From: an uncultured Oligoflexus sp.
Lineage (GTDB): Bacteria; Bdellovibrionota_B; Oligoflexia; Oligoflexales; Oligoflexaceae
Assembly: GCA_964236955.1 (NCBI GenBank)
Contig: CAXSGP010000053.1
Location: forward strand, 1-31,766
Direction: 5' to 3'
DNA length: 31,766 bases
Shown: positions 9,550 to 18,053 of the stretch, piece by piece
Layout of the letters: every line of letters starts with the position of its first letter
Position numbering within the stretch: the stretch's first letter is position 1
The notes under the pieces: model-generated
Told to the model about the DNA's origin: nothing
Seen by the model: only the letters and a program-made list of their open reading frames with translations
The model's database searches: none
Position numbers and translations under genes: made by a program

Positions 9550-9664
9550 CTTAACTTTTGCTGGCGATGCGAGCACAATAACTTCACAAACTTGCCACAA
9601 ATTCGCACAATTAAATTGCAAACAGATAAATATTATGTTTGTTTTGTATAAACCTGATTGACAG
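9550..9664 (+). promoter_or_regulatory. Conserved upstream block of cassette 2 with phased CACAA repeats
   Basis: CACAA at 9574, 9585, 9596 and 9606 (spacing 11, 11, 10); homologous to 7842-7957. Confidence 0.6.
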
Positions 9665-9735
9665 CTTTCTTTTTGAACGTGTTCGAGCTTTCGAGCGCAG
9701 AATCTGTCTTTCCTCGTAAGGGTACGAGATAACGC

Positions 9736-10518
9736 ATGGTCAACGAGCAAGCACTGCTAGCAGATCTGGTCGATGCCATCAACGCATGGATGCAGGGGAG
9801 TCGTAGCCGGAGTTTATCTGGCCTCGCTCGGCGCACCAGTGTCGCTTACTCTACCATTCGCCGAATCGCCCAAAACGAAAGCGTTCCCCATCCTTATACT
9901 GCGCTCTCTATTTCTGAAGTCGTAATGACGACACAGCAACGTCTTGAGTTCCTGAAGAAACATTTTCCCACGATAGGGAATTTGATGGACGAGTGCTACC
10001 TGAGCTCGATCCGCTCAGAGCCCAATGAAGAGTCCTTGAACCGTTTCATCCGGCTCGAACCTCACAATCGCATCTTCAATATCGCCGCGACCAAAAAAGG
10101 CACTTCACGCAAAGCTATACTCTCCCTTTGCGGACAGATGGGTATCGATGCGCTCGAAGAGATGCTCGATGATTCCCTGTTGATTGAACTCGACGGCGGA
10201 ATCATCAAATACACTCATGATAACTGGGCGATGGGAAATATTGAAGACGCCCTGAGTCAGGTGCGTCATTCTACAGAGCACTTTGAAAAGCATTTAGTCG
10301 GAACCGATGGTGCGAGCCTCATGCACGCGACCGGAGCGGTGCGAGCCGAGTTGGTCCCGAAGTTGAAAGAACTTGTATTAAAGTTTATGAAAGACTTTAA
10401 TGCGCTCAAAGACGATCAAAACGCTGAGGGCAGCATTCACTTCTTTTGTGATTTGATGTACTCACTGTATGATCGGAATGAGTGGAATAGTAGTCCTAAT
10501 CAGGAGTTGGACGGATGA
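9736..10518 (+). CDS. HTH protein, TIGR02147/DUF4423-like, copy 2
   Basis: Paralogue of 8058-8834 with an identical putative recognition helix AYSTIRRI. Confidence 0.7.
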   Translation: MVNEQALLADLVDAINAWMQGSRSRSLSGLARRTSVAYSTIRRIAQNESVPHPYTALSISEVVMTTQQRLEFLKKHFPTIGNLMDECYLSSIRSEPNEESLNRFIRLEPHNRIFNIAATKKGTSRKAILSLCGQMGIDALEEMLDDSLLIELDGGIIKYTHDNWAMGNIEDALSQVRHSTEHFEKHLVGTDGASLMHATGAVRAELVPKLKELVLKFMKDFNALKDDQNAEGSIHFFCDLMYSLYDRNEWNSSPNQELDG

Positions 10519-10931
10519 AAAGACTGTTTCTAATATTGCTATTACTGACTGCTGTTTTGCAAGGCAAGCCAGCAGATGCGAGCGGCTCCAATACAGTATT
10601 CCTTCCCGTTAAATACAGCGACTACAGTTTTATAACTGCCACTCAGGACAAGGCCTTTAATAATAGCACTCTCTATAATTTCCTCGAAAGCTCGACCAAC
10701 ACGCTATGGGTCTCGCGTGTCAGCTCCTATATTTACCGGTCGACCTACTACTACACGTACTGGGGTTATGACGTAAACCTTGAGTTTGCAGACCGCGAGG
10801 CAGTCACCTTCCGTTATTACTCAAACCTCGACGCCATCCTTGGCTTGACTCGGAACGATGAAATCGTTGTTCTCCTGCCGCAGATCAGTTCCCAGACGAC
10901 GCCCCATACGGCTCGAGGCGATACTCAGTAA
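10515..10931 (+). CDS. Small secreted Tyr-rich hypothetical protein, copy 2
   Basis: Signal peptide ending ADA|SG; ATGA overlap and AGGAG RBS; shares VFLxVKxxDY, DKxFNxSxLYNxLE and IxVLLP with copy 1. Confidence 0.8.
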   Translation: MKRLFLILLLLTAVLQGKPADASGSNTVFLPVKYSDYSFITATQDKAFNNSTLYNFLESSTNTLWVSRVSSYIYRSTYYYTYWGYDVNLEFADREAVTFRYYSNLDAILGLTRNDEIVVLLPQISSQTTPHTARGDTQ

Positions 10932-11199
10932 ACGCTGGACTTGTTTGGCGGGGAGAGATCTCCAAGATCTCCCCTATCTCCGATTTTATTTTTGCCGGAG
11001 ACCTTCAGAGTCGGCCCGGGCTGACACGCTGCTCCTGCCAGTGCAGCAGCATGGCTTCGACAAGCCTCTTCCCGTCCACCTGCCGATTCCTCCCCAACAC
11101 AATTCCTTTAAACTCTTCGGTGCAAAAGTCGCTGGTCTTTGCCATAATCTCCAGGCCGTTGCCGCATCTTTAATGACTTGCCGGAGGATGACAGGGACT

Positions 11200-12063
11200 A
11201 TGCAGCATTTTATATGGGATTTTTCCCCTGAAATCTTTAAAATTGGCTCGTTTGGGCCGCGCTATTACGGGCTGATGTTCGCGATCGGGTTCATGGTTGG
11301 TTACACAATTACTCAAAAAATATTTTTGAAAGAAGGCCATCCCGAGGAAGATCTTTCCTCGCTGCTCTTTCATATCATGGTCGGGACGATAGTCGGCGCG
11401 CGTGTAGGCCACTGTTTATTCTACGAGCCCAACTACTACCTCTCCCATCCCCTTGAGATTCTTTTCGTCTGGCGCGGCGGGCTTGCGAGCCACGGCGGAA
11501 CCATCGGTGTCCTCATCGCACTCTGGCTTTATCGCCGGAAACATCTTGACCAGGGCTATATCTGGCTTGCCGACCGTTTATCCATTGGCACCGCATTCAC
11601 GGCTGCATGTATCCGCGTCGGTAATTTCTTCAATTCCGAGATCCTCGGCAAACCTTCGGATCTGCCCTGGGCGATTATCTTCGCCGCAAATAACGACAAT
11701 GTGCCTCGTCATCCGGCGATGCTCTATGAGGCGTTTGCTTATCTTGTCCTCTTCTTCGTTCTCTTTTGGATGTACTGGAAGACCAAGGCCTCGGAAACCC
11801 GCGGCCGGATGATAGGCCTTATGCTCGCCTGGATTTTCACCGCCCGCTTTTTCATCGAATTCGTCAAAGAGAATCAGGTGCCCTTTGAAAATGGCATGAC
11901 TTACAATATGGGCCAGTTGCTAAGTATTCCCTTTGTCTTTATCGGCATCTTCCTCTACAGCGGTAAGCTCGTTCAGTGGTTGCCATGGCTTGATTCGACC
12001 AGCTCCAATCCTAAGGCCGATTTAAAGATGACAGCTAAAGTGTCTCCCAAGAAAAAAGGCTGA
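11200..12063 (+). CDS. lgt: Prolipoprotein diacylglyceryl transferase
   Basis: RYYGLM, GARVGH, GGLASHGG, RVGNFFNSE, RHPAMLYE, RFFIEFVK, MGQLLS motifs. Start placed at MQHFIWD rather than at 10858. Confidence 0.95.
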   Translation: MQHFIWDFSPEIFKIGSFGPRYYGLMFAIGFMVGYTITQKIFLKEGHPEEDLSSLLFHIMVGTIVGARVGHCLFYEPNYYLSHPLEILFVWRGGLASHGGTIGVLIALWLYRRKHLDQGYIWLADRLSIGTAFTAACIRVGNFFNSEILGKPSDLPWAIIFAANNDNVPRHPAMLYEAFAYLVLFFVLFWMYWKTKASETRGRMIGLMLAWIFTARFFIEFVKENQVPFENGMTYNMGQLLSIPFVFIGIFLYSGKLVQWLPWLDSTSSNPKADLKMTAKVSPKKKG

Positions 12064-12071
12064 AGCAAGTT

Positions 12072-13094
12072 ATGCGCGCATTTTTATGGCTCGGAACCCT
12101 TTTTCTCATGGCTTCCAAATGCGGTTTCAGTCATGAGCCGCAGGTTCTTTCCTGGAATACCGCGAGGGCGACGGATGACCTCAAGGTGTTTAGCGCGCTA
12201 CCGCACCCCATTGGCTCTCCCCGTATCGCGGCGCTCGCGGACTACCTCGAGCAAGAGTTGAAAGCAGAGGGCCTTGAATCGGGCCGCGACACCTTTATAG
12301 CCATGGTCCCTGATCCCGAGCGACTCCAAACCGAAGCCAGCCCCCTGCTTTCGACGACGCTCTCGATTCCGATGCGAAACATATTTGCCACATTGAAGGT
12401 GGGACGGGAATCCTGTGCATTTTTGGTGGCTTCCCACTATGATTCCAAACGCCTGCCCGGAGGCGATGGGATAGGGGCAAATGATAGTGGATCATCGTCA
12501 GTTGTCCTACTCGAGTTGATGCGAGGCCTAAAGGCCCTCGCCTCAACTCAAGCCTTGGACCTACGCTGTCATATCGTTGCCGTGTGGTTTGATGGTGAGG
12601 AGTCCTATCTTCCCGAGTGGCGTGATGGCCAAAGCCGGCATCCCGCTCGCATCGTTGACAACACCTATGGCAGCCGTAATTTAGCCGATAACCTCAAAGT
12701 TTGTGCTGGTTCGGACAGGAAAAAAATATGGTGTCTGCCCGAGACCTGGGGGGGGGAAAGAGTGGAGGGTCTTATCCTGCTCGATATGGTGGGATCACCC
12801 GCTCTCAAACTTTCATCGGAAGCCGCTTCGACTCCCGAGCTATTGGAGCTGGCCAAAACCCTCGATCAACGCATGTTTCAAGGCCAGCTCTTCGCCAATA
12901 GCGCCCCCAAATCGATCGAAGATGATCACATCGCCTTTATCGAAAAAGGCATACCGGCTCTTGATCTTATCGATTTTGAGAACCTTAGGACCTGGCATCA
13001 GCCCAGCGATACCTTTGAATCGGTATCGATATCCAGCCTGGAAAAAACGGCTCGTTTCACTCACGCCCTGCTCGAGACTCTATTGAAGCCTTAA
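12072..13094 (+). CDS. M28-family zinc enzyme, animal-type (type II) glutaminyl cyclase-like, exported
   Basis: HYDSK, GANDSGS, FDGEE, YGSR, LLDMVG, IEDDHIAF, WH motifs in QPCT order; N-terminal signal with a Cys (MASKC); starts 8 nt after lgt. Confidence 0.75.
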   Translation: MRAFLWLGTLFLMASKCGFSHEPQVLSWNTARATDDLKVFSALPHPIGSPRIAALADYLEQELKAEGLESGRDTFIAMVPDPERLQTEASPLLSTTLSIPMRNIFATLKVGRESCAFLVASHYDSKRLPGGDGIGANDSGSSSVVLLELMRGLKALASTQALDLRCHIVAVWFDGEESYLPEWRDGQSRHPARIVDNTYGSRNLADNLKVCAGSDRKKIWCLPETWGGERVEGLILLDMVGSPALKLSSEAASTPELLELAKTLDQRMFQGQLFANSAPKSIEDDHIAFIEKGIPALDLIDFENLRTWHQPSDTFESVSISSLEKTARFTHALLETLLKP

Positions 13095-13104
13095 TCGATT
13101 CGAA

Positions 13105-14250
13105 TCAGCCTTTTAATAGCTTAAGGACAAAGTTAATGTCCTTCGCATCATTGTGGGCGTGAGGAGCGAGTCTTATTCCCGGACCGCGTCGGGCATAGCT
13201 TACTTTATTTTTGATGAGTGTTTCGACAAGGGCATCAAAACTCTTCAAGGGAGAGCGACCGGATGGACTAAAATTCACGATAGGACTGTGCTGTATGGGA
13301 CCATTCGAAGCGGTAACTCGATAGTCCAACTCCCGCAAACCATCAGCAAGGGTCTGAGCAAAACCCAGCGCTGCCTTTTGTATATGGGCTACCCGACACC
13401 GCTGAAGCAAAGCGGCCGAAGCACCCAGCGCAATAATCTCCAAAACCTGTTTCGATCCTGCCTCAAATCGCAGGGCATCTTTTTTAGGACTGCAGCTGAG
13501 ATCGGTCGGATCCTCACAGGTTCCAAAGGTATAGGCCCCCACATTATGCGGCAGCAGCTGCCGGGCACGATCCTCCTTAATACAAAGATATCCGACACCT
13601 ACGGGTGATGTCATCCATTTATGGGAGCCACCGACCACCGCATCCAGATCGAATTCGCGAAAGGAAAACTCCAGAACTCCCAGCCCTTGAAACGCATCGA
13701 TCACTGTCCAGATGCCGCGGGCCTTTGCAAAAGCTGACAGCGCTTTAAGGTCGGAGACCGCACCGCTTTGAAACTGGACCCAGGAGATCGCGATCACCCG
13801 GGTCCGCTCGCTAACGCGGTCGAGAAGCTTTTCAATCGGTGTTCCCAGATCGGCAAGGGATTCGACCAAAATCAGATCCGCTCCGCTTCGTTTGCAGGCT
13901 TCCTGCCAAGGATAGAGGTTCGATCCATATTCCTGATCCCACATAAGGACCTCTTGCCCGGGCTGCAGATTAAGATGAAAGGCTATTTGGCTTACGGCAT
14001 TCGCCGTGCTTTGAAAGAAGGCGATGGAACCAGGTTTGGCATCGATAAAACTCGCGAGCTGAAGCCGCGCGTGATCGACAGCTTCGAGATAGGCGGCATC
14101 GCAGAACATGCCTTCCCGTCGATAGCGTTCCACCCAATAATGAACGGCTGCCTCGGCTTCGATATTGATTGGCGAAAGTCCGGCATTATTAAGATGGGTG
14201 AGGCCAGGATCGCTGCGAAAAAAACTCTTGAATTCCCGTGATGGATTCAT
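13105..14250 (-). CDS. Class V PLP-dependent enzyme (cysteine desulfurase/EgtE-like), probable C-S lyase
   Basis: HLNNAG, SWVQFQSG, IDAFQGLG, GSHKW (PLP lysine), RFEAGS, IRLAPH; 3 nt downstream of the decarboxylase stop. Confidence 0.85.
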   Translation of the reverse strand: MNPSREFKSFFRSDPGLTHLNNAGLSPINIEAEAAVHYWVERYRREGMFCDAAYLEAVDHARLQLASFIDAKPGSIAFFQSTANAVSQIAFHLNLQPGQEVLMWDQEYGSNLYPWQEACKRSGADLILVESLADLGTPIEKLLDRVSERTRVIAISWVQFQSGAVSDLKALSAFAKARGIWTVIDAFQGLGVLEFSFREFDLDAVVGGSHKWMTSPVGVGYLCIKEDRARQLLPHNVGAYTFGTCEDPTDLSCSPKKDALRFEAGSKQVLEIIALGASAALLQRCRVAHIQKAALGFAQTLADGLRELDYRVTASNGPIQHSPIVNFSPSGRSPLKSFDALVETLIKNKVSYARRGPGIRLAPHAHNDAKDINFVLKLLKG

Positions 14251-14253
14251 CGA

Positions 14254-15687
14254 TCATTTCCTTTCGACTTGAGAAAATAGCCAGGCACGGAGTTCTTCCA
14301 GATCACTCTGCTCCGTTCGAAAACCCAGGATGCAGATTCTTATAATGAATCTGCCGCGCAATTCGCAGGCCGTGAGAAAAAACCGGCCCGTGCCGTTGAT
14401 CGATTGAAAAAGCCGCTTCGTCTTTTCATTCGTCTCATCACCTTTGAGTCGCCAGGCAAAAAGCGAAAGATCGGGATGAGCAACGATCGCAAAGGCCCCA
14501 TGTTCCTCCAGAGCGGCACACAACCAGCGGGCCTGCTGCCATTTCGATTGGAGATGGGCCCGAAAACTTTCAAGACCAAAGACTTTGAGAGAAAGCCATA
14601 GACGTAGGCCACGAAAATCCCGGGAAAGTTCGGGTGATATATCGGAATATTCGAGACGCATAAGGCCGGCGTCGTAAGGCGGCATATAGGAAGCCTCGAG
14701 TCCTCTTGGCCAACGAATGGTCGGAACATCTTTAATCAGCAACGCCCCGGTACCGTAAGGCATGCAGAAGGCTTTATGCGGATCGAGCGAAAGGGAGTCG
14801 CCCCGTTCGAGGCCTTGCAAGGCAGTCGCCTCGGGAAGAAGCTTAAAGAAGCCACCATAGGCAGCATCGACATGAAACCAGATATTTTCATTGGCGCACA
14901 GATCGGCGAGATCACTGAGGGCATCGACGCGCCCCAGATTCGTCGTCCCGGCCGTCGCGACCAAAAGGACAGGGCTCAGCCCGAGGGCTTTATCCTGACG
15001 AATACGGTCAGCGGCCCGCTCGGGATTGAGGCGACCGTCTTCACTTGCGATCACAGCCGTTTCTTCCGGGAGAAACCCTGCAGCAAATAACGCCTTGCCG
15101 ATGCAGTGGTGGGCCTGGTCGGAGACATAAACGCGTCGTTTACCCAAAGCCCCCGGCCTTGCCTCGCGCGCGGCTAAGACTGCGGAAAAAATCGCCAGGG
15201 ATGAACCCGTTGTGAGCAAACCCGACCCCTGGCTGGGCCATTTCATCATCGACATGAGCCAGCGAATGCTTTGATCTTCAAGCTGCACAGCGGCAGGCGC
15301 GGTCGAGAATGTTCCGGTATAGGGATTGAGAAGCATCGCCAGGGCTTGCCCTACTGCGGCAACCGGATTCGCCGCCCCGGCCACGTAAGCTAAATAATGG
15401 GGATGTCCCACGACCTGGCCGTCGGCACCGAGTTGAGCCATAAGCTGTTCTAAAACCCCATCTAGGGCCATCCCCTGTTCCGGTGGGTTTGGCCCTGCAA
15501 AGGCATGCGACCAATCGGCTTTGACGCCATGGGATCTGGCATCATGGGCCAGGCCAGCGGGCGCCAGCGAAGGAATACCTTCCCACCATGGCCCAACATG
15601 CTTGGAAAGACTAGCAAACGCCGCTTCAATTTGAGCAGCAGACCAGTTAAAGGGAGACCCAGAGGCTCGATTGATAGCATCACTCAC
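14254..15687 (-). CDS. Group II PLP-dependent amino-acid decarboxylase (AADC/GAD/CSAD family)
   Basis: HPHYLAY, QAHHCIGKA, ATAGTT, HVDAAYGG, DSLSLDPHK (PLP lysine), catalytic-loop Tyr in ASYMP, ELSRDFRGLRLW; GTG start overlaps the ovoA stop (GTGA). Confidence 0.9.
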   Translation of the reverse strand: MSDAINRASGSPFNWSAAQIEAAFASLSKHVGPWWEGIPSLAPAGLAHDARSHGVKADWSHAFAGPNPPEQGMALDGVLEQLMAQLGADGQVVGHPHYLAYVAGAANPVAAVGQALAMLLNPYTGTFSTAPAAVQLEDQSIRWLMSMMKWPSQGSGLLTTGSSLAIFSAVLAAREARPGALGKRRVYVSDQAHHCIGKALFAAGFLPEETAVIASEDGRLNPERAADRIRQDKALGLSPVLLVATAGTTNLGRVDALSDLADLCANENIWFHVDAAYGGFFKLLPEATALQGLERGDSLSLDPHKAFCMPYGTGALLIKDVPTIRWPRGLEASYMPPYDAGLMRLEYSDISPELSRDFRGLRLWLSLKVFGLESFRAHLQSKWQQARWLCAALEEHGAFAIVAHPDLSLFAWRLKGDETNEKTKRLFQSINGTGRFFLTACELRGRFIIRICILGFRTEQSDLEELRAWLFSQVERK

Positions 15688-18053
15688 GACATGCGTCTCC
15701 AGAGGCTATAGTGCAGACGACCGACTGCCGCCAGATCCTTAGCGGGTCGTTCCACATGAAAACAGCGACCCGTTTCTATCTTTTGAAAGCTTGATCCCAA
15801 GACAAGGCCCAATTGATCCAAGGGAATCCATAGGGAACGGGGAGTCGATCGGTCTGACCAGGCAAAACGATCGGCAATCAGTACAAAGTCGCCAGCCTTC
15901 ACCAAGCCCCGTTCGCCGCTCAAACGACTCAATAGACCTTTAGGCGAAGGCAATTGGCCTAGCACCCGATTTAAGACCACGAGATTGAAATCATACCATT
16001 CAGCCGGTAGACTGCTGGCATCCGATTGTCGCCAATCCAGGAGCGTTAATGCCCGGGCATCGAGATTTTTCGTCAATTCCTCGCCTGTATCAGGACTTAC
16101 ATATTCCACGCGACCTTCCCTTTGCCAGTCTTTCGCCGTAGCGATCGCCAGTTTTGATATATCGCAACCCAAAGTTCGATATCCGAGAAGAGCGAGCCTA
16201 TAGGTCAGCGACCCCACTCCGCAGCCGATTTCGAGAATTCGACTGTCCGCATTAAATTGCGGCAAAACATGCTTTCGGATCAGAGCGGGAAAGACATTCC
16301 GACCCAATTTCTCGGGACTGATCATCGCCTCAATCAGCAGTTCTTCGTCCTTTGAGAACGCCGCAAACAGCTGCTGTCTGCGGGTTTTTGTTTCATCCTT
16401 AAGGCCGTCATCCACGGGATCAATAGTCTCTAGCGCGCCTTTGTTATCGGGAGCAAGCGGATCGACGAGGCGAAAACCGGCATGTTGACCAAAATGGGGC
16501 CGAAAGTGAAAACGCGCATGAACCGTAGCCTCATCGCCGACACTGATAAAACTGCCGCCCATGATCATCTGATGCAGCCCATCAAAACAGGGCGTGCTGA
16601 AATCATCATAAAGAGCGTGAACCTGAAAACCTGGAAGATAATGAAAATGGTCTTCCAGCCACTGCCAGACGTTGCCAAATACATCGGTGAACTCGTCCGC
16701 CTCGTCGCCTCCGACCGGACCCTCGCTGCCATGCTTAAGGCTGCTGTTCACAGATTTTTTATTCACAGCCTCAAAGGCATCGGCGATATTCTTATCGCTG
16801 AAACCAGGGGCCTGATAGGTTCTGAGGGTATGATGCTCGGCCTCGGTGAGAAGGCGCAAGGGACAAATTCTGTTTTCTTTTTGGCTTTTCCAAGCGGCAA
16901 AGGCCTTGGCTTCGTGATAGTTGGCATTGACCGGCCAGTCCCAAGCCATGGCCACGACCTCAAAACAGGTCCTCAGGGCAAATTGATGCGCTCCTTGTGG
17001 GCCGATCGGGACCCAAAAACTTGGCCACTTTACGTTACGGAACGTCCGCCAGCGCCAGCCTTCATCGGTCCAATGCCGTTGATCGCGGTAGCCGCCGCCT
17101 CTCACAAACTCGTAGTACTCGCCGTTGCTGACGAGCTGACGATTGGCAGCAAATTCTCGTAGCACGGCTTCGCGTTTTCCATATTCGTTGTCCCAGCCAA
17201 AGGTTGGAAAACCGGGATCCTTGCCGATAACAACCGAACCGGCGGCTTTTTTGACAAAAGGATTGGCCGGATAATCGACGCCGGCTTTGGGCTCTTTCCA
17301 GGACGCTTTCCCATCGAGCGCTTGAGCAGTGGGATGCAAAGGGGGAAACCCCGGGTGCCGACGCAGCAGATGCGCGGGCAGCTCACGGATAAGGACCGAC
17401 GAGGTTTCCAAGTGAATTCTCTCGTGTTCAAAGCCCATAACAAGGGCCCAAAGTGGCGACTCGATCGTGATTGGGGGATGATCATCGCCGAGGTCGGGAT
17501 GCGTGGCAATCAAATGGGAGACGACCTGATAACACTTTTTTCTATAGTCATGACAGTGAACCAGTGCGGGCCATTCCATTTCGTTTTTCGAAAGATCGTC
17601 CCAGCTCATTTCATCGACGCCGGTTTCGAAAAGGCGTTCATGATAAGGATGAAGGGTCGCCGCTATGAGGCCAGCGACATGCAGCTTGTTGATATAGAGA
17701 ACGGCGGGATGGGTGTAATAAAAGATCAGGGGATGACGAAGATTGTGATAGGGCGGGCGATAAAAGGCCTCATCACTGAGGAGCGAGGCAAACAGGAGTT
17801 CGGTCAGCATCCAGCCATTGTCAAAGTACGCCTGAAGGTCGGCACGGGTACAGACATTAAGATTGGGAATCGTCAGGCCTTGGATGACGCCAGAGCCTTT
17901 AAGCGAGGGATCCGGCCCTGTCCACCAACCTGAGTCCCGAGGAAATTTCAAGGGGGTGTCCCCTATTGTTTTATGCCAGGCTCCGCCCTCGCAAGCGGTT
18001 GCGGTCGTGCCTGCAAGATCGAGATTCGGATTGCGCGTGAGATTACGGGACAT
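15684..18053 (-). CDS. ovoA: 5-histidylcysteine sulfoxide synthase OvoA (DinB-like + FGE-sulfatase + diverged methyltransferase)
   Basis: LRHPLIFYY, GVDEMSWDDL, iron-binding HERIHLETSSVLIRE, FGWDNEYG, GNVWQW, YDDFSTP (catalytic Tyr), RFHFRPHF.QHAGFR, LEIGCGVG SAM motif. ATG 18053 has an AGGAG RBS and gives 789 aa. Confidence 0.92.
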   Translation of the reverse strand: MSRNLTRNPNLDLAGTTATACEGGAWHKTIGDTPLKFPRDSGWWTGPDPSLKGSGVIQGLTIPNLNVCTRADLQAYFDNGWMLTELLFASLLSDEAFYRPPYHNLRHPLIFYYTHPAVLYINKLHVAGLIAATLHPYHERLFETGVDEMSWDDLSKNEMEWPALVHCHDYRKKCYQVVSHLIATHPDLGDDHPPITIESPLWALVMGFEHERIHLETSSVLIRELPAHLLRRHPGFPPLHPTAQALDGKASWKEPKAGVDYPANPFVKKAAGSVVIGKDPGFPTFGWDNEYGKREAVLREFAANRQLVSNGEYYEFVRGGGYRDQRHWTDEGWRWRTFRNVKWPSFWVPIGPQGAHQFALRTCFEVVAMAWDWPVNANYHEAKAFAAWKSQKENRICPLRLLTEAEHHTLRTYQAPGFSDKNIADAFEAVNKKSVNSSLKHGSEGPVGGDEADEFTDVFGNVWQWLEDHFHYLPGFQVHALYDDFSTPCFDGLHQMIMGGSFISVGDEATVHARFHFRPHFGQHAGFRLVDPLAPDNKGALETIDPVDDGLKDETKTRRQQLFAAFSKDEELLIEAMISPEKLGRNVFPALIRKHVLPQFNADSRILEIGCGVGSLTYRLALLGYRTLGCDISKLAIATAKDWQREGRVEYVSPDTGEELTKNLDARALTLLDWRQSDASSLPAEWYDFNLVVLNRVLGQLPSPKGLLSRLSGERGLVKAGDFVLIADRFAWSDRSTPRSLWIPLDQLGLVLGSSFQKIETGRCFHVERPAKDLAAVGRLHYSLWRRMS

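Noticed and set aside
9600..9622. Sigma54 promoter (GCAC...TTGC) in the conserved upstream block
   Set aside because: There is no GG at -24, and the spacing is 7-8 nt rather than 5 in the two copies.
10858..11199. 114-aa N-terminal extension of Lgt in the ORF track
   Set aside because: It overlaps the upstream gene and looks non-coding; Lgt similarity and an RBS point to ATG 11200.
13105..18053. Selenium variant (ovoselenol/selenoneine) cluster
   Set aside because: No selenophosphate synthetase or selenosugar glycosyltransferase gene is present in the window.
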